In this document: piece by piece, positions 1 through 12,864 of the stretch
Numbering within the stretch: the stretch's first letter is position 1
How the letters are laid out: each line of letters begins with the position of its first letter
Assembly: GCF_000315625.1 (NCBI RefSeq)
Contig: NW_005434661.1
Coordinates: 484,878-548,877 of the forward strand
Length of the DNA: 64,000 nucleotides
Reading direction: 5' to 3'
Source: Guillardia theta CCMP2712
Lineage: Eukaryota; Protista; Cryptophyta
The notes under the pieces: generated by a model
Databases searched by the model: none
What the model was told of the DNA's origin: nothing
The model's input: only the letters and a program-made list of their open reading frames with translations
Made by a program: the position numbers and the translations under genes

Positions 1-3000
1 TTTGCTCGTCAAGTGCGAAATATTCAACCTGAGAGACTGTGTCAAGCAACGTGAGCAACACAAGCAATCTTTGAAATCGATTAGTCCGCTTTACTTCTGC
101 TCACCTCTCCTCCTCCTCTTTGTCAGTCAGCATGTCAAAATCTTTCTCGTTGACCTCAACGTTCAACAAACGTGCCATGATACGTTCACTTCGCAAGCGA
201 ACTTCTGCAAGATGAGAAGGAGAGCGTCAGCCAATCTCCTCCTCCTCCACGCCCTGGCTGAGTCACCTGAGTTGATCTCCTCCAATGATTGGATACCCCA
301 GCTGGTCTTCTCTACTGCGTGATGTTCATGCCATGATCAGCTTCCTCTTCATCTCTCACCTAGTTGCTCCAACAACTTCTCCACCTTCTCTGCTCGCACG
401 TCAGCAGCGCCTCCTCCTCTCCTCCCCTCACCTCGCAGAGTCTCGAAGACGAGCATCGACCAAACCACCTGCTTGTGCTCCTGCTCCCCCCGTCACTCCT
501 AGCAGACTTCCGCACCATCAACCTGTCGCAGCTTGATGAACTTGCGGATGACGGTCTCACAGACTGAAAGTGAGTTACAACATCATCGTTCCTCCCTTTC
601 CTTCCTCCTCCCTCGCATCTCTTCGACCTCTTCCCTCCCCTCCCTCTGCTGCCTTGCCTGTCTCTTCCGCGCTCTCGCTGATGCTCGAGCTTTCCAGCGC
701 GCTTGAGCAGAGGGAGGACATTTCTTGCAGCTCGTCTTCCATCCACGTTACCTTGTCGTACTGCGGGAGAGCTGAGGGAGGACAGGGAGGGGGTGCAAGG
801 AACCTCAAGGGAGGGGTGGACCAAGAACAGCACGGCTGTCACTGCCAGTCTCCCTGCGTCATCCTCCGGATCTGCCAGCTGGCTGACGGTGAAACGCTGC
901 GGACAAGCATTAAGAGCCTCCCGCTGCTGCTACCGCTGCTGCTACCGCTGCTGCTACCGCTGCTGCTACCGCTGCTGCTACCGCTGCTGCTACCGCTGCT
1001 GACTTTTCTCTTTTGCTCGAGAATCAGATCCCTCCATTCCTCACATGCGAAGACGTGAAACCATTTCGAGCCAGTTTATCCACAAGCTCCTCACATTTCC
1101 GATGCGACCTGGCGGATGAAACAAAAAACGCGGAAAATCAGCAAGAAGAGAGGAGAGGAGAGGAGAGGAGAGGAGAGGAGAGGAGAGGAGAGGAGAGGAG
1201 AGGAGAGGAGAGGAGAGGAGAGGAGAGGAGAGGAGAGGAGAGGAGAGGAGAGGAGAGGAGAGGAGAGGAGAGGAGAGGAGAGGAGAGGAGAGGAGAGGAG
1301 AGGAGAGGAGAGGAGAGGAGAGGAGAGGAGAGGAGAGGAGAGGAGAGGAGATTCATCTTACTTGTTCACCTCCCGACCAGTCCGCATCACTTGCTGCATC
1401 ACCTGACTTCGGCTAGACGACGACAAAAGAGAGACGAGCAGCTTTTGTTGGATGGTCTCCTTGTGAGACTTGGAGGAATCTTGCATGTGATCAGCATTGC
1501 CAGACTTGCAAGGAGGAGAGGGAGGAGGGAGAAGGAGGAGAGGGAGGAGGGAGAAGGAGGAGAGGGAGGAGGGAGAAGTCCATGCAATCTCACTTACGTT
1601 CAATGAGTTCTGCAAGCAAACCGCTCTCCACCATCGTCTCCACCCCAAAGCTTTCAAGCCTGACACTCGTAAGATGCGCAGGGATCGGCAGCCTTCACCG
1701 CTCTGAGAGCTTCTGCGCCGCGTGGCTTCCCTTGAGTCTACCTCGCATTGTCTCCACCCATCGCATCAGAACCTCCACCGCCGTCGCGTCCCGTCTGCAT
1801 GTCAGTGAGACCATTCGCCATCCCCTGCCACTCCCCTCCTCCTCCCCTCCCTCCTTTCTCTCCTTCCCCTGTACTTCCCCCGAGGTTGACTCCTCCTCCT
1901 CTCCCTCCTCCTTCTCCTCTCCTCGCCCTCCTCCTTCTAATCGTCTCCCTCCTCCTCTTGACCCTCCTCCTCCTCCTCGTCGCACAGAGAGTCAAGATGA
2001 TGAACAGTCGCTGTCCTCTCGTGCACGCGGAGAAGGCAGCGTAGATCCTGAGCATGTGGGTGAGGAGGAGGAGGAGGAGGAGGAGGAGGAGGAGGAGGAG
2101 GAGGAGGAGGAGGAGGAGGAGCAGAAGAGGAGGAGGAGGAGGAGGAGGAGGAGGAGGAGGAGGAAGGAGACCATGACGTTGGTCCCGCGCAACTCGGCGA
2201 TGTAACTTCGAGCACTGAAAATCCAAGGGGATGAGCAGAAGCGGAACAAGAAGGGCAGGAGAAAGAGAAGCAAGCAGCACACGTCTTGGTGAACCACTTA
2301 CATCTCCAACATCACGCGAGAGAACTTTACAGCAGATCTGCTCTTGTAGAGAACTAGTTGCACAAGCCTTTCCTTGGATATCTGAGAAAAGAGTCGCTCA
2401 GCACCTCGTCATGTTGCAGGTCAACGCACCTTCATCATCTGAAACTTCCTCCGCAATGAGGAGTCCGTGAGGTGACGATCAGCAGTTTGCGGGTTCTCTT
2501 GCTTTTATTACAGGAAATCACAAGAAGCACGAGAGAAGCAACAGAAATTTATTGACACGCAGCAGGAAAGCGGGTGATGACACCATTCCCTGACTTGCGG
2601 CAATGACAACCCGACCGTCACGATTCCAGCTGCTCTCAACAGACAGATTCGCTCAATGGTGTGCAAACAAAAAACATCTCATCATGACTACATCACAGGT
2701 AGACAAGAAAAAAAGGAGAAGCAGCAGGGGGGCAAGCGAAAGGAACAAAAGAAGGGCAAGCAACAAGGCTTGAGGAGTAAGAGGAGACAGTTTGAGAACC
2801 TCGAGGTCAACGGAGGGCTTCTGACTCGATCTAGAGATGAAACGAACCCATTGCAACATGACCTTGATCTAAGAGCCGTGAGACTAGCAACACAAGCAAG
2901 ACTTTACCATCAGGTAGGAGTTCGACGATCTTTGTTGGTTGCGATACGCAAAGTCGGTCAGCGTCTTCTGAAATGTTGTTGTATCCACCCAGAGATGGAA

Positions 3001-4218
3001 ACAGATCTGAGCAAGAGAGAACTGTTGTCGGCCGTACAAGACATTGATGGCCTTCTTGACCAGAGTCTGTCGCTTGTTGGATTGATTGAGCAGCTTGTTT
3101 AGCTGCGACGAGTCTCTCTCTGCTTCTATCAGCGAAGTCTCCAACCGCTTCACCTGCACGAAGAAAGGAACAAGATGTCCGTAATCATCGCACGCGCTGT
3201 AACTTGACTGAATCTTGCTCTCGCGCTCCTCCACCATCCTCCGTGCCTGGTGGGCAGCCTTTGTTTCCTTCGGGCTGTAGTCACTGAAGATGGCCGACAA
3301 GAGCTCAGTCCGCAGCAGGTTCAAGGCCGTCGAGTTTTCCTGTCGCGTCATCAGACGCCACAGAGGCCACAAACCAACAGCCGCCCACCTTCGCCGTGAT
3401 GCAGAGCTTGTCCAGCAGGTCGCAAGTCACCGCAAGTTTGGCGACGTTGGGAGACTTGAGCTCGTCGGTCTTTACAGCAACTTCGCGTAGTCGCACTTGA
3501 GCCATGAGGTCCATGCTGCTGAACAGCTTCTGCTTCAGCTCCTTCAGCTCCCCCCTCTCGCTCATCGCGATTTGACCCTTCAGCAACTGACCCGATTGAA
3601 ACGCGACACGTTCTGCCATGCTGCAGCCGAACTCGAGATCGGCAGCTTGACGGGGGGTGAGGGAGAGAGAAGGAGACTCCATGCTCTCGTACCTCCTCGA
3701 TCTCATCGCCACCACTCTCTGGTTTTTCAGCATGCGAAGCAAATCACGAGACCCTGTCTTGACCTCCCTGACAGCCATGTTGTCCACCCCACGCTTTCTT
3801 TCCTGCTCGCTCTCTTCTGATGCAGATCTTGTGGAGGAGGACGCGAAGTCACTGGTGAACGACCTGGCGAGCTGCTTCGAGTCAGAGCAGGTGACAAGGA
3901 GACAAGCAGATAGAACAGAAGAGGAGATAAGGATATAGATCAGGTAATCATTTAATCAATGACCTGCGACTTGAGCTCGTCGATCTGCTTCTGGAGAGAG
4001 ACAATGATCTGATCCTTTTCCAGCATCCTCCCTCTCGCTTCCTCGCAGTCTCTCAGAGCTTGTTGGTGGTTCGTCTTGAGAAGCTTTGTTTCCTGGTAGA
4101 GCTTCTCCCACTTCTCTCTCCACGTCGCTTCTTCAAGTTTTCTCGGAGTAGAACTTTTGACAGTCGGCAGAGAAGACACGAGGGGACGTCGGGGAGAGAC
4201 TTGAAACATCCTCTCCAT
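1..4218 (-). CDS. Multi-exon coiled-coil protein, runs off the left edge; Trp-containing helical repeats, possibly Sfi1-like
   Basis: Minus-strand ORF pieces 3952-4353 (MERMFQVSPRR...WREKWEKLYQETKLLK), 3305-3787, 2884-3372, 1358-1666 and 575-808 are heptad-rich and separated by short GT-AG introns. Motifs include LAQICFHLW, MLQW and VLMRW. Could be more than one gene. Confidence 0.5.
922..1000. repeat. 12-bp tandem repeat (CCGCTGCTGCTA)n
   Basis: Directly visible; probably intronic. Confidence 0.9.
1148..1351. repeat. (GAGGA)n pentanucleotide microsatellite, about 40 units
   Basis: Directly visible. It generates the spurious EERRG/LLSSP ORFs. Confidence 0.97.
2062..2164. repeat. (GAG)n microsatellite
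   Basis: Directly visible. Confidence 0.95.
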
Positions 4219-4534
4219 GTCAAACTTGTGCCCCTTCTCTTCTGTCTTGTCCTCCCTTCCCCTGCCCCCTCTCCTCTCCTCTCTTCTCCTCTCCTCCCCT
4301 CCCCTCTCCTCCCCTCTCCTCTCCTCTCCTCTCCTCGCCTTTCCCCGCCTCAAGTCTTCGCTCTCTTCTGCTTCATCCTGTCCCCACCATTCTTTTCGGC
4401 TCCTTCTCTCCCGTCCGGTCAGTTAAAAGCTAGCTGTGGTACCCGGCCATCTGTTTGTAGGGTGGGGTCCTTTGGTAGCAACGGAAGCTGCGGGGGTGGG
4501 GTGGTGAGAAAGATACGAGTTGGGTTGACTGGCC

Positions 4535-4956
4535 ATGGAATGTCCAGCCATGGCGATACGAGGGAGCGTGACGGGTACGCTGGAGGAGGCAGAGATGATG
4601 GGAGCCCATGCAGGCATAGTCAAACTCGTTCCATCAGCTTCATGGTGAGCTGCCTGAGCTCCAGTTGAACCTCGATCCAACTTCTTGCATGCAAACAACA
4701 TTTGAGCGGCTCCTCCCCTCCTAACAGCAGTCCTTACATGCTGACCTGTGTGGTCACATCATGAACCTGATGGAAAATTCTGTCAGGTGTGCCCAGAGGA
4801 AGAGCTTCAGTCAGGAAGTAGACGACGGTCTTTTAGATTTCATGATTCCCAGGCCAATCGAGCAAAATTCTGTTGGGAGGAAGGGAATTTACCGTCAATA
4901 CCATGGTACTTTACTTGCTGTTTTGTGCTCAGAACTACCTCTCTTGCCATCCATTC

Positions 4957-5004
<48 letters not shown>

Positions 5005-6586
5005 CTGCTGCTCTCAGGTCATCTGGAGGTAACTCCCATCGTTTGCTGGCAGTGGTCAAGCCTTCGACAACCCTGCAACAGTATCGGAAGCTTGCCTTGA
5101 GCCCTGCAAGAAGACCGCCGAGAGGAGACGCTGCCATGCTGGAGCGGCGGTTCTGGACGAGTCTAGGGACAGAAGCTCTTTCTCCTCCGGTCTACGGCGC
5201 TGACGTCGTGGGTTCATCGTTATTTGAGGACATGGCTGGGGAGTGGAATCTAAAGGAATTGAAGACGATGCTGCAAGGGCGAGTGCAGGCGCTTCCAGGC
5301 GTGACCTCCTCCTCTCTCTACGTGGGGATGTGGCGAACCACGTTCGCGTGGCATACGGAAGACTACGAGCTGGGGGCGATCAACTTCAACCACATGGGAG
5401 CCAGGAAGCAGTGGTACGCGGTACCGCGAAGCGCGAGAGCTCGCTTCCAGGCTCTATGCGACGAACTTTTCCCTCGTGAAAAGAGAAAGTGCGAGGCGTA
5501 CATGCGGCACAAGACCTTCATGATCGCTCCTTCTCGGCTGCGAGAGGTTGGAATCCCGGTCTTCTACTGCATCCAGGAGCCTGGAGAGTTTGTCATCACC
5601 CTACCAGGAGCATTTCACTGTGGATTCAACCATGGCTTCAACATCGCTGAGGCCTGCAACTATGCCGTGCCGTCCTGGATCCCACTTGGTCTGCAGGTCA
5701 ATAGCTGCTAGCCGCTTCTTCTCTCCTTCCTTCTTCCCCTGACTCCCCTCTATCGCATCGACTCATTGCTTACTTGCAGGCTACTCGCTGCATCTGCCGC
5801 CCAGGAACCGTCGAGATTGACATGCGAGTCTTCAAGGAGGAAGGTCAGCGGGAGGTTGAGCATCAAGAAGGAGCTCTCGTCTGGGCTGCTCTCCCCAACT
5901 TCCCGGAGTGGCCTGCCATCGTATGTGGTCCGGTCACTCAGGCTCAGAGGAAGGAGCTGCTCGCTCATCCTCACTGGGTCTTCGTCGTTTTTCTTCCCCG
6001 AAGCTCTAAGAGCTGGGCAGTTGTCCCTCCCCGCGATGTCCGCAGGTACGCGAGTGAGGAAGCTGTCAAGCTCGACCAACCGAAAGAGCTGCGAGATGCC
6101 ATCGAGCAGGCCAACAAGAAGCTGCGAGAGACGAATGAGCACGAGGACACGGAGAGTCTCGAGGTTGCGAAAGGGAGGCAGAAGATGAGGCTCAGCATCA
6201 AACAAACTCTTCTGAGCGGAGAGGATGAGGCAGCAGGAGCACTCGCTGAACCTGTGGAGCATAAAGAGGGTCCGGAAGACAGGGCGATGACGTCGCCGAA
6301 TGTGATTTCACATGTAGAGAAGAAGCGCAAGGGAGATGAGAGCGCAGGGTCCTCGAAGACCTGCAGGCCCGACAAGAGAAGCAAAGAAGAAGGTCAAGAG
6401 AAGCGCGCGGAGATGAAGTTGCCCGACAAGAGAAGGAAGCGCACGAAATCGACATGCAGCGATTTTCAGCGTTCGCTAATGCTATGTTCCAGTCGCTACC
6501 TCAATTTCGAAGCGCAAATGAGAAGAGCTCTTGAGAAAAGTTTACACGATGAAGGTCCCCCGTCGATAGGAAACATAAAGAAGTAA
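4535..6586 (+). CDS. KDM4/JMJD2-family histone demethylase (JmjN + JmjC) with C-terminal PWWP domain
   Basis: Exon 1 reads MECPAMAI...AGIVKLVPSASW (JmjN). JmjC: PPVYGADV, WNL, GVTSSSLYVGMWRTTFAWHTEDYEL (HxE), KQWYAVP, QEPGEFVITLPGAFHCGFNHGFNIAEACNYA. Then CICRP and the PWWP-like LVWAALPNFPEWPAIV. Confidence 0.9.
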
Positions 6587-6780
6587 GTGATGTGGACGAT
6601 TCGCAGTCTTGTACAAACAGAAGAAGCTGTGATTATAAGCTCGTAATGAACATTACCAACAACGTAACTAGTGAAACAGTCAGATGTTGCGTCGTTAATC
6701 GACTCGAGCTTGAATTGAGCTTCTGTCTTCTCACTTCCGTGAGCTTCGCCAAGATTTTCTTCTCCATTCTCTTCTCAGCG

Positions 6781-8181
6781 CTAGCGAGAGCCTTCTGTGC
6801 CATTCGTCAGGATACCAGTGCTCTCTTCTCCTCCCCTCACCTTTAGCTCCTCTTGGCGGGTCATCCGTCGCTCAGGCTGATCTTGAGCTGATCTTCCTGC
6901 ATTTGGTGCGGCATATAGCGCGTACGCAGGCTGCCCGTTTCTCCTGTAGATGACTTCCTTGTAAAATTTCTTGGGGTCCCACGACGGGGGAGTAGCAGAA
7001 GCTGCGCGAGCTGAGCCAGACGCACGTTGCCTGGCAAGCTGCTTGTGACGCCGAGAAGCCTGACCCGCAAGCTTCTGGCCCAACAGAGCCTCGTGCCCAC
7101 CACCACTAGCAATGACATCTCCCACACGAGCTTGCGCCGCGACGGCACTAGCGGCTGGAGGACGCGTCTGCAAGGCTTGGAGTGGCACCCATACTACTCG
7201 ACCTCCCGGTACACGAACACCACCAGAGAGTACTGGTGCTCCGGGCTTGTTGGCGCCTGAAGACCGTGAGGCTAGCGAAGGTAGCGAGCTGGCCATGGCC
7301 GCCTGAGCTTCAGCATGGGAGCACCATGATGCGTTCCTGCCATGGCAGAGGACATGCAAGGGCATGGGGTCTTGCCACAGAGGAGGTTCGCTTGCAGTGG
7401 CTTCCTGTTCTTCTCCTCCTTTGTCCCCTGGTTCAGCTTGACCCGCGTCGGCTTCCTCCTCGTGAGGGCTTCCCCCTTCACCTTGAGCTGCTGGCTCTGA
7501 GGTCGGTTGATGCTCTTCACTGTTCACTTCTCCGCCCTCTTCGCTTCCTTGAGGATCAGTGGGAGAGATCACTTCCCCCACGTGGACGTATCTGTCTTGC
7601 TTGTGAAAGAACCTGCTGGGGTTGGGATAACCATGCGCCCATGACGCCTGTACGTCAGAGGCCAACACCGGCGCGCCCAACCGTCTGGTTCCTTTAACTG
7701 CTTCCTGGTTCTCACCAGCCAGACTTACCATGGCTGAAAGAGGGTTGCGAGCCGCCAAGGCTCTTTCCCCTGCTAACCATGCTGCAGAAGGTTTCTTCCT
7801 CTCGGCCATCGCAGCAGCTTTTGCAGCAGCAGCTTCGCGCTTTCTTTGCCCGGGTACACTCAAGGCGGCCTGCATAAGTGCTGCTTCCACTGCCTGCTTG
7901 CTCGCACCTGCCACTGCCCGCGCTGCTCCAGTCTCGGCAGCCCTGATGGCAGTCTTGATAGGGACGGAGCTAGAAGGTGAAGGTTGAGTTTCGAGAAGGA
8001 GAGAGAGAGACTTGAGAGGAGGCGGAACGAGAAAGACGAGAAAGGCGATGGCGAAGGAGAAGGAGAAGGAGGCAACGAGGAGGAGGCGAGAAGAACCAGA
8101 CGCCCCCCATGCCGCCATCCCTCGCCCTTCCTTTCCTTGCATTGTCTGCGAAGGGACAGAAACTCTCCAGAATCTTTTCAC
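6781..8181 (-). CDS. Hypothetical Ala-rich protein with N-terminal signal anchor/TM segment
   Basis: 466-aa ORF with hydrophobic LLLVASFSFSFAIAFLVFLV near the N-terminus. Probably splices further to about 6640. No family recognised. Confidence 0.55.
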   Translation of the reverse strand: MKRFWRVSVPSQTMQGKEGRGMAAWGASGSSRLLLVASFSFSFAIAFLVFLVPPPLKSLSLLLETQPSPSSSVPIKTAIRAAETGAARAVAGASKQAVEAALMQAALSVPGQRKREAAAAKAAAMAERKKPSAAWLAGERALAARNPLSAMVSLAGENQEAVKGTRRLGAPVLASDVQASWAHGYPNPSRFFHKQDRYVHVGEVISPTDPQGSEEGGEVNSEEHQPTSEPAAQGEGGSPHEEEADAGQAEPGDKGGEEQEATASEPPLWQDPMPLHVLCHGRNASWCSHAEAQAAMASSLPSLASRSSGANKPGAPVLSGGVRVPGGRVVWVPLQALQTRPPAASAVAAQARVGDVIASGGGHEALLGQKLAGQASRRHKQLARQRASGSARAASATPPSWDPKKFYKEVIYRRNGQPAYALYAAPNAGRSAQDQPERRMTRQEELKVRGGEESTGILTNGTEGSR

Positions 8182-8428
8182 TCAATATCATCACCCTCTT
8201 TTCCGCCCCCCCCCTCTGTAACTGCAGCGTAACTGCCTGGTGCACTAATCGGGCGGCACCAGTTGCGAGCCTCCTCGGCAGTGACCCTGGACGAGCCTGG
8301 CAAGCGCGGCCAGTGACTGAACGTAGAGAACGCATACTGAGCGGCGAGACAAGTCTAAGACTCTTATCAGCTTCTTTACTTTTTAGTGAGTCAGCGGCGA
8401 CTCCAGGGGGCTGCCTACCATCTTAGGC

Positions 8429-10048
8429 CTACAGGGGCAGACTTCCTCTCAGTTGACGAAGAGCCATAACCTAGACAATGGTCACTAGAGCAGCATGCGG
8501 ACAAGCGGCCTGTGAGGTAGACCTGTTGCTTCACGCTATCAGGCATTGCCGCCAACTAGACTGAGTCAGAAAAAGCCAAGGAGATGGGGACAAGGTTCTT
8601 GAACCTGCTCTGGTGGCAGTGACATAAGGGTGTTGAACTGCTGTCTTTGCTCTGGGGTGAGGTTTGCGAGCATCTGAGTGACAACCGTTACATCATACCA
8701 TCAAGTCGCCTTTCTCCTCCACCTGCTGCAGATTCCCCCCCCCCGGTCCGAGCCCCATAGCCCCACTGCCTCCTGTGCAGCCCGTCAAACGTGAGCTGAC
8801 TGCCAAGCATCTCAAGCGCATGCCTGGAGTCATTCCATAGCCTCCTCCAGCAGAACTTCCAGGATAACTGAGACAGTCAGACAAGGTTGTCGAGGACGGA
8901 TCAGCTCACGAGCTATCCCCACTCCCGCCTCTCCCACTGGTCACGCTTGCTCCTCCCACAGGCTGACCCATCGCACTCGGAGGCACATTTCCTGGCGAGC
9001 GGGGTGATGACATGAGGAGCAAGAGGAGCTCAGCACCTGGCATCCCCATGCCTCCTGCTTGTGAATCAGAACCTTCACAACATTAGAGCCACTCTCATAC
9101 CTCCAAGCTGCGGGGGAGGAGGCATGCCTGGCCCACTAAGCCCGGACATGCCCCCACGTGGCAACGGGTCGCTATGAATGCCGACGGGTGGAGGGGGGCC
9201 GCCGCTGCTGTACTTGGAGAGCAGATCCTAAGAGGGGATGAGGGGAGCAAAGGACGAGAGGAGGCATTCAATCACATGCATCCGCAGCACAGCCATGGAC
9301 AGCTGAGGGTAAGTGTTGAAGAGCTCTCGAGCTTGCTCTCTGCGGGATCAATCAACCATCGACCAAGACAGATATGAAACGTTAGTCAGCCTGAGCTTCG
9401 TTCACCTGTTTTGAGCGCAAATTGTTTTAAGCTGACCCATAACATTGTACATCTGTTCAATAGACATGGTTGAGACAACCTGGATATGAACCTCAAGGTG
9501 AAATCTTGTGAGAATAGATTTTACAGCCATTATTTGATCATGTGCATTCATAAGTGGCTTGGCGCCACTTGCTCCCGAGTTCGACCCTCCTGATCCTCCG
9601 CCACCAGATTTTCCCTCACCCAAGCTTGACGCATAATCAATTCGAAGCAGCCGTCTACCAGACATTCACATTCAGGATGTAACATCAGAAGCAACAAGCC
9701 ATCTAGTACCCATTGAACTCAGTGTTGTTCAAGTTCCTGATAGCGGACTCTGCAGTTTGTGCATCCTGGTCAACATGATGTCATTTGTGCGGGCAGCTTA
9801 CAATGAGCAGGTTGTGATCTGAATCACCCGAAATTCACAGAAACCAAAACCTTTAGGTTGACCCGTGTCCGAGTTCTTGACCAGCCTGTTTCGCTTCAGT
9901 CCCGGAAGACAGATTCAAGGCACCACCGGAAGCTGACTACATGGCCGACTGCTCGGAAGATATCCTCCAGCTGCTCCTCTGTGGCATTATACGGGATGTT
10001 TCCGACAAAGACTGAGCGACTGGCTTGACTTCCACGCGAGCCCGACAT
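8429..10048 (-). CDS. CSTF2: Cleavage stimulation factor 64-kDa subunit (RRM + hinge + Pro/Gly region + C-terminal domain)
   Basis: RRM: RSVFVGNIPYNATEEQLEDIFRAVGHVVSFR|LVKNSDTGQPKGFGFCEF...AESAIRNLN...LRIDYA. Hinge: QMYNVMGQLK. C-terminus: VMALRQLRGSLPL*. Multi-exon. Confidence 0.88.
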
Positions 10049-10898
10049 GATGGCAGCTGCTGACTTGCTGCTCCTCACGATCTTCCTGTCGGGGCAAGAC
10101 ATGAGTCGTGTTATCGCCATCCGAGTGAGGTCCGAGATTGACAAGTCGAGGAGAAGAGTGCGAGGAGAAGACGTGGTGATTGAGGCGTTCGAAGGTTAGT
10201 AGGAGCAGCAGTAGGAGGGTGTGTGTGTGGAAAGGGGTAGGGGACGATGGTGTATTCCAGCAGCAAAAGCGTCTGCACAACAAGGAGAAAGAACAAATCT
10301 GATTCGCTTGTAGTGGACCGCAAAAGTGAGACAGCCAGCAAGCGAGGGGAGAGAGGAAGCAAGGGATGTAAGGAGCGAGGAAGCGAAAAAGCGAAGGCGG
10401 GTAGAAAGGAGGGAGCAGATGAGGGATGGGCGGTGTGTGGATGGGAGGTGGTCGCGGAGCGGAGAGGGAAAGGATGACTGAGTGAATGAGAGGGTGAGTA
10501 GGAGGGATGGAGAGGGTGAGTAGGAGGGATGGAGAGGGTGAGGAGGAGGGATGGAGAGGGTGAGGAGGAGGGATGGAGAGGAAGGGCGAGAGGTTTGAGA
10601 GGGTTTAGTGGAGGCATAGAAGAGGGTGAAGCATAGGGCCAACACCGAGAGCAATGTGCATTCATGTGAGGAAGCTGACGTTAGGATGTAAGAGGAGAGG
10701 GAGCCGGTAGCTGTAGCAGGAGGAGCGAGTGAGCGATGAATGGCGAGGGAGGAAGGAGAAGAAGCGGATGAGGCTGATGGAGAGCAGGCGAGCTGTGGAA
10801 GCGGAGCGGAACGAGGCATGGGAAGGAAAGGGGAGACCAAGGGCAGCAATTTTTCTCTAAGTCAAGTTCACTCATTGTAATTCTCTGTCCTCATTGCA

Positions 10899-12864
10899 CA
10901 TGTCGTCATGGTGGCTAGCGGTGGCGGTGGCGTGGGCGACAGCTGGGGAGGGAGGGTGTCGGGTGTGGGTGGCAGGAGGGAGCGAAGAGAGAGCAGTGAG
11001 AGGTCGCTGCTGGATCGACGGCGACTGTCACAACGAGAGTGGCTGGGGAGGATCTGAAGATGATACGGAAGATGCTTACAGGAACGTCTCCTGTGCCCTC
11101 CATTCACATGGATGATGTTGGCTATCGCTCTCCCTTTGTGCCTTCCTCTCACTCGCACTTGCCTTCTCTCCTCCGCCAGCTTTCTTCAGATCTTGACTCA
11201 GCATGCACAGGAGCCTCAACGTTGGGCGGGACGAAGAAGCCTGTCTGGCTCGATCAAAGTTCTACTTCCACAAGTGTTCCAACGATGCGGATCACCCCAT
11301 GCTGGCGACTTTCATGCCGACGGCTTCTAGCAGATTTTGGCCGCCTCAAGGTCGGAGGAATGCTGAGGTTGTGGTGGAGTGGTGAAACAAGGCAGTTGAG
11401 ACAAGCTTGCAACTGAGGTGGGAAGAGGTTCGCGCTAGGCGGAAGAAGTTTTGTTGGCCTGGGCATCGGACTGAGGTAGAGGACAGTGGTCAGGTGATGG
11501 CTGACATTCAGGCCGCAAGGATTGCAAATGCGAGGATGGTGCGACGACATGCTCCAGGCATGGCTGGGAGTTTAACCGGGTGATGCGAAGAAACGACTTC
11601 TGCTCACTACAGGAGGAGGTGGATGCGCTGCGAGACATCGGATACTGCCTGTTAGGAGACTGTTCTTATTTCTCTCTTGAGATGCTTTTACAGGAATCAA
11701 GATGCCATCTACAAGTGGGCAGCCATTCTAAAGACTGTCCGTGTTCTTCAAGTAATTCTCCTGTCTCACTTCCTCCTCTTTCCTTTTTTCCTCTCCTCCT
11801 CATTCTTCTCTTCGTATTTGCCCCCATCGTTTGACAGCTTCAGGACTAAGTCTCATCCAGGAGGAGCATCAGACGTCGTCTTCAATGGGGCTCCCGCCAA
11901 CCTTCAGCTCTATCGATGTGGGGGGAGGCAGTTCTCCGTTACAGGTGACGAGGAGGTAGAGAGAAGGTCATCTGAGCGAGGAGCAGTTCTTCATGTCCCA
12001 GAAAGGCTCTGTGACTAATATCGACATCAACTTCCTCTCCTCCTGGTTTCCCATCGATGGTGAAGGCATCTACGCGCGAGCAGACAAGAGCAAGCTTGTT
12101 TTCAATCGCTCCAACATTCACAAGGTTGTGGCGGCTGCTGAGAGAGAGTCTTAAGTGCCTCGTCACAGATAGAGGGAGAGCTGCTGCCTGAGCTCATGAG
12201 GGTCCCCGACGGTGAGGAAGCAGCAAGATCTCGAACTCTTTGACGTGACTTGGCAGGAAGCATCGACCTGGTGTATGACGCGTGCTCCCTCATCCATATG
12301 TGGAGACACTTTGCTCGCCCTGAGCAGGGCCTCGAACGTGCAGTGCAGGAGATCCATCGCATTCTGCGTCCTGGCGGCTTCTTTGTCGTCGTGTCAGACG
12401 TGGCTCACCCTGACGCGCAGGAGGTTCGAGAGTTTCAACATGCTGACAGCCTGGCCAGCATCCTTTACCAAGGTGAGAGGAAGACGCGTGGAGGAGAGAA
12501 CTGACAGTAGGGAGGAGATGGGCTCTTCGAGTGGGTTGGAGATCCTCAATTCTTCATCGGAGAGGAGGAAGAAGAACAAATCTTTCGTCACCGGGGGTCC
12601 TGCCTGAAGGTCAACTTGCCATCCACATTGCGCCTTCATTGACGTACAAACCAGCTGGAGTCAGCATGGCACAAGGCAAGATGCAGCCCGAGCACACAGC
12701 GGAGGTCTCTGAACATGACACAGGCGAATATGAGCAGCCATGCGTTGGACGCGAGGAATCTGTACACGTGCGAAGCTCTGCCAGAGGTAGCAACTTGCAT
12801 GTATGAGTCGAAGCTCAAGGGAATCAGGGAGAGCTTCTCCTTATGGTCGCCAACTTCGTCCTGA
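10899..12864 (+). CDS. Class I SAM-dependent methyltransferase-domain protein with putative signal peptide
   Basis: N-terminal MSSWWLAVAVAWATAG. Later exon SIDLVYDACSLIHM...LERAVQEIHRILRPGGFFVVVSD carries the motif II and 'L.PGG' motif typical of Methyltransf_11. 3' end approximate. Confidence 0.65.

Noticed and set aside
1013-1606. EERRG-repeat protein and other poly-L/C/S/E ORFs
   Set aside because: These are translations of microsatellites, open in several frames on both strands.
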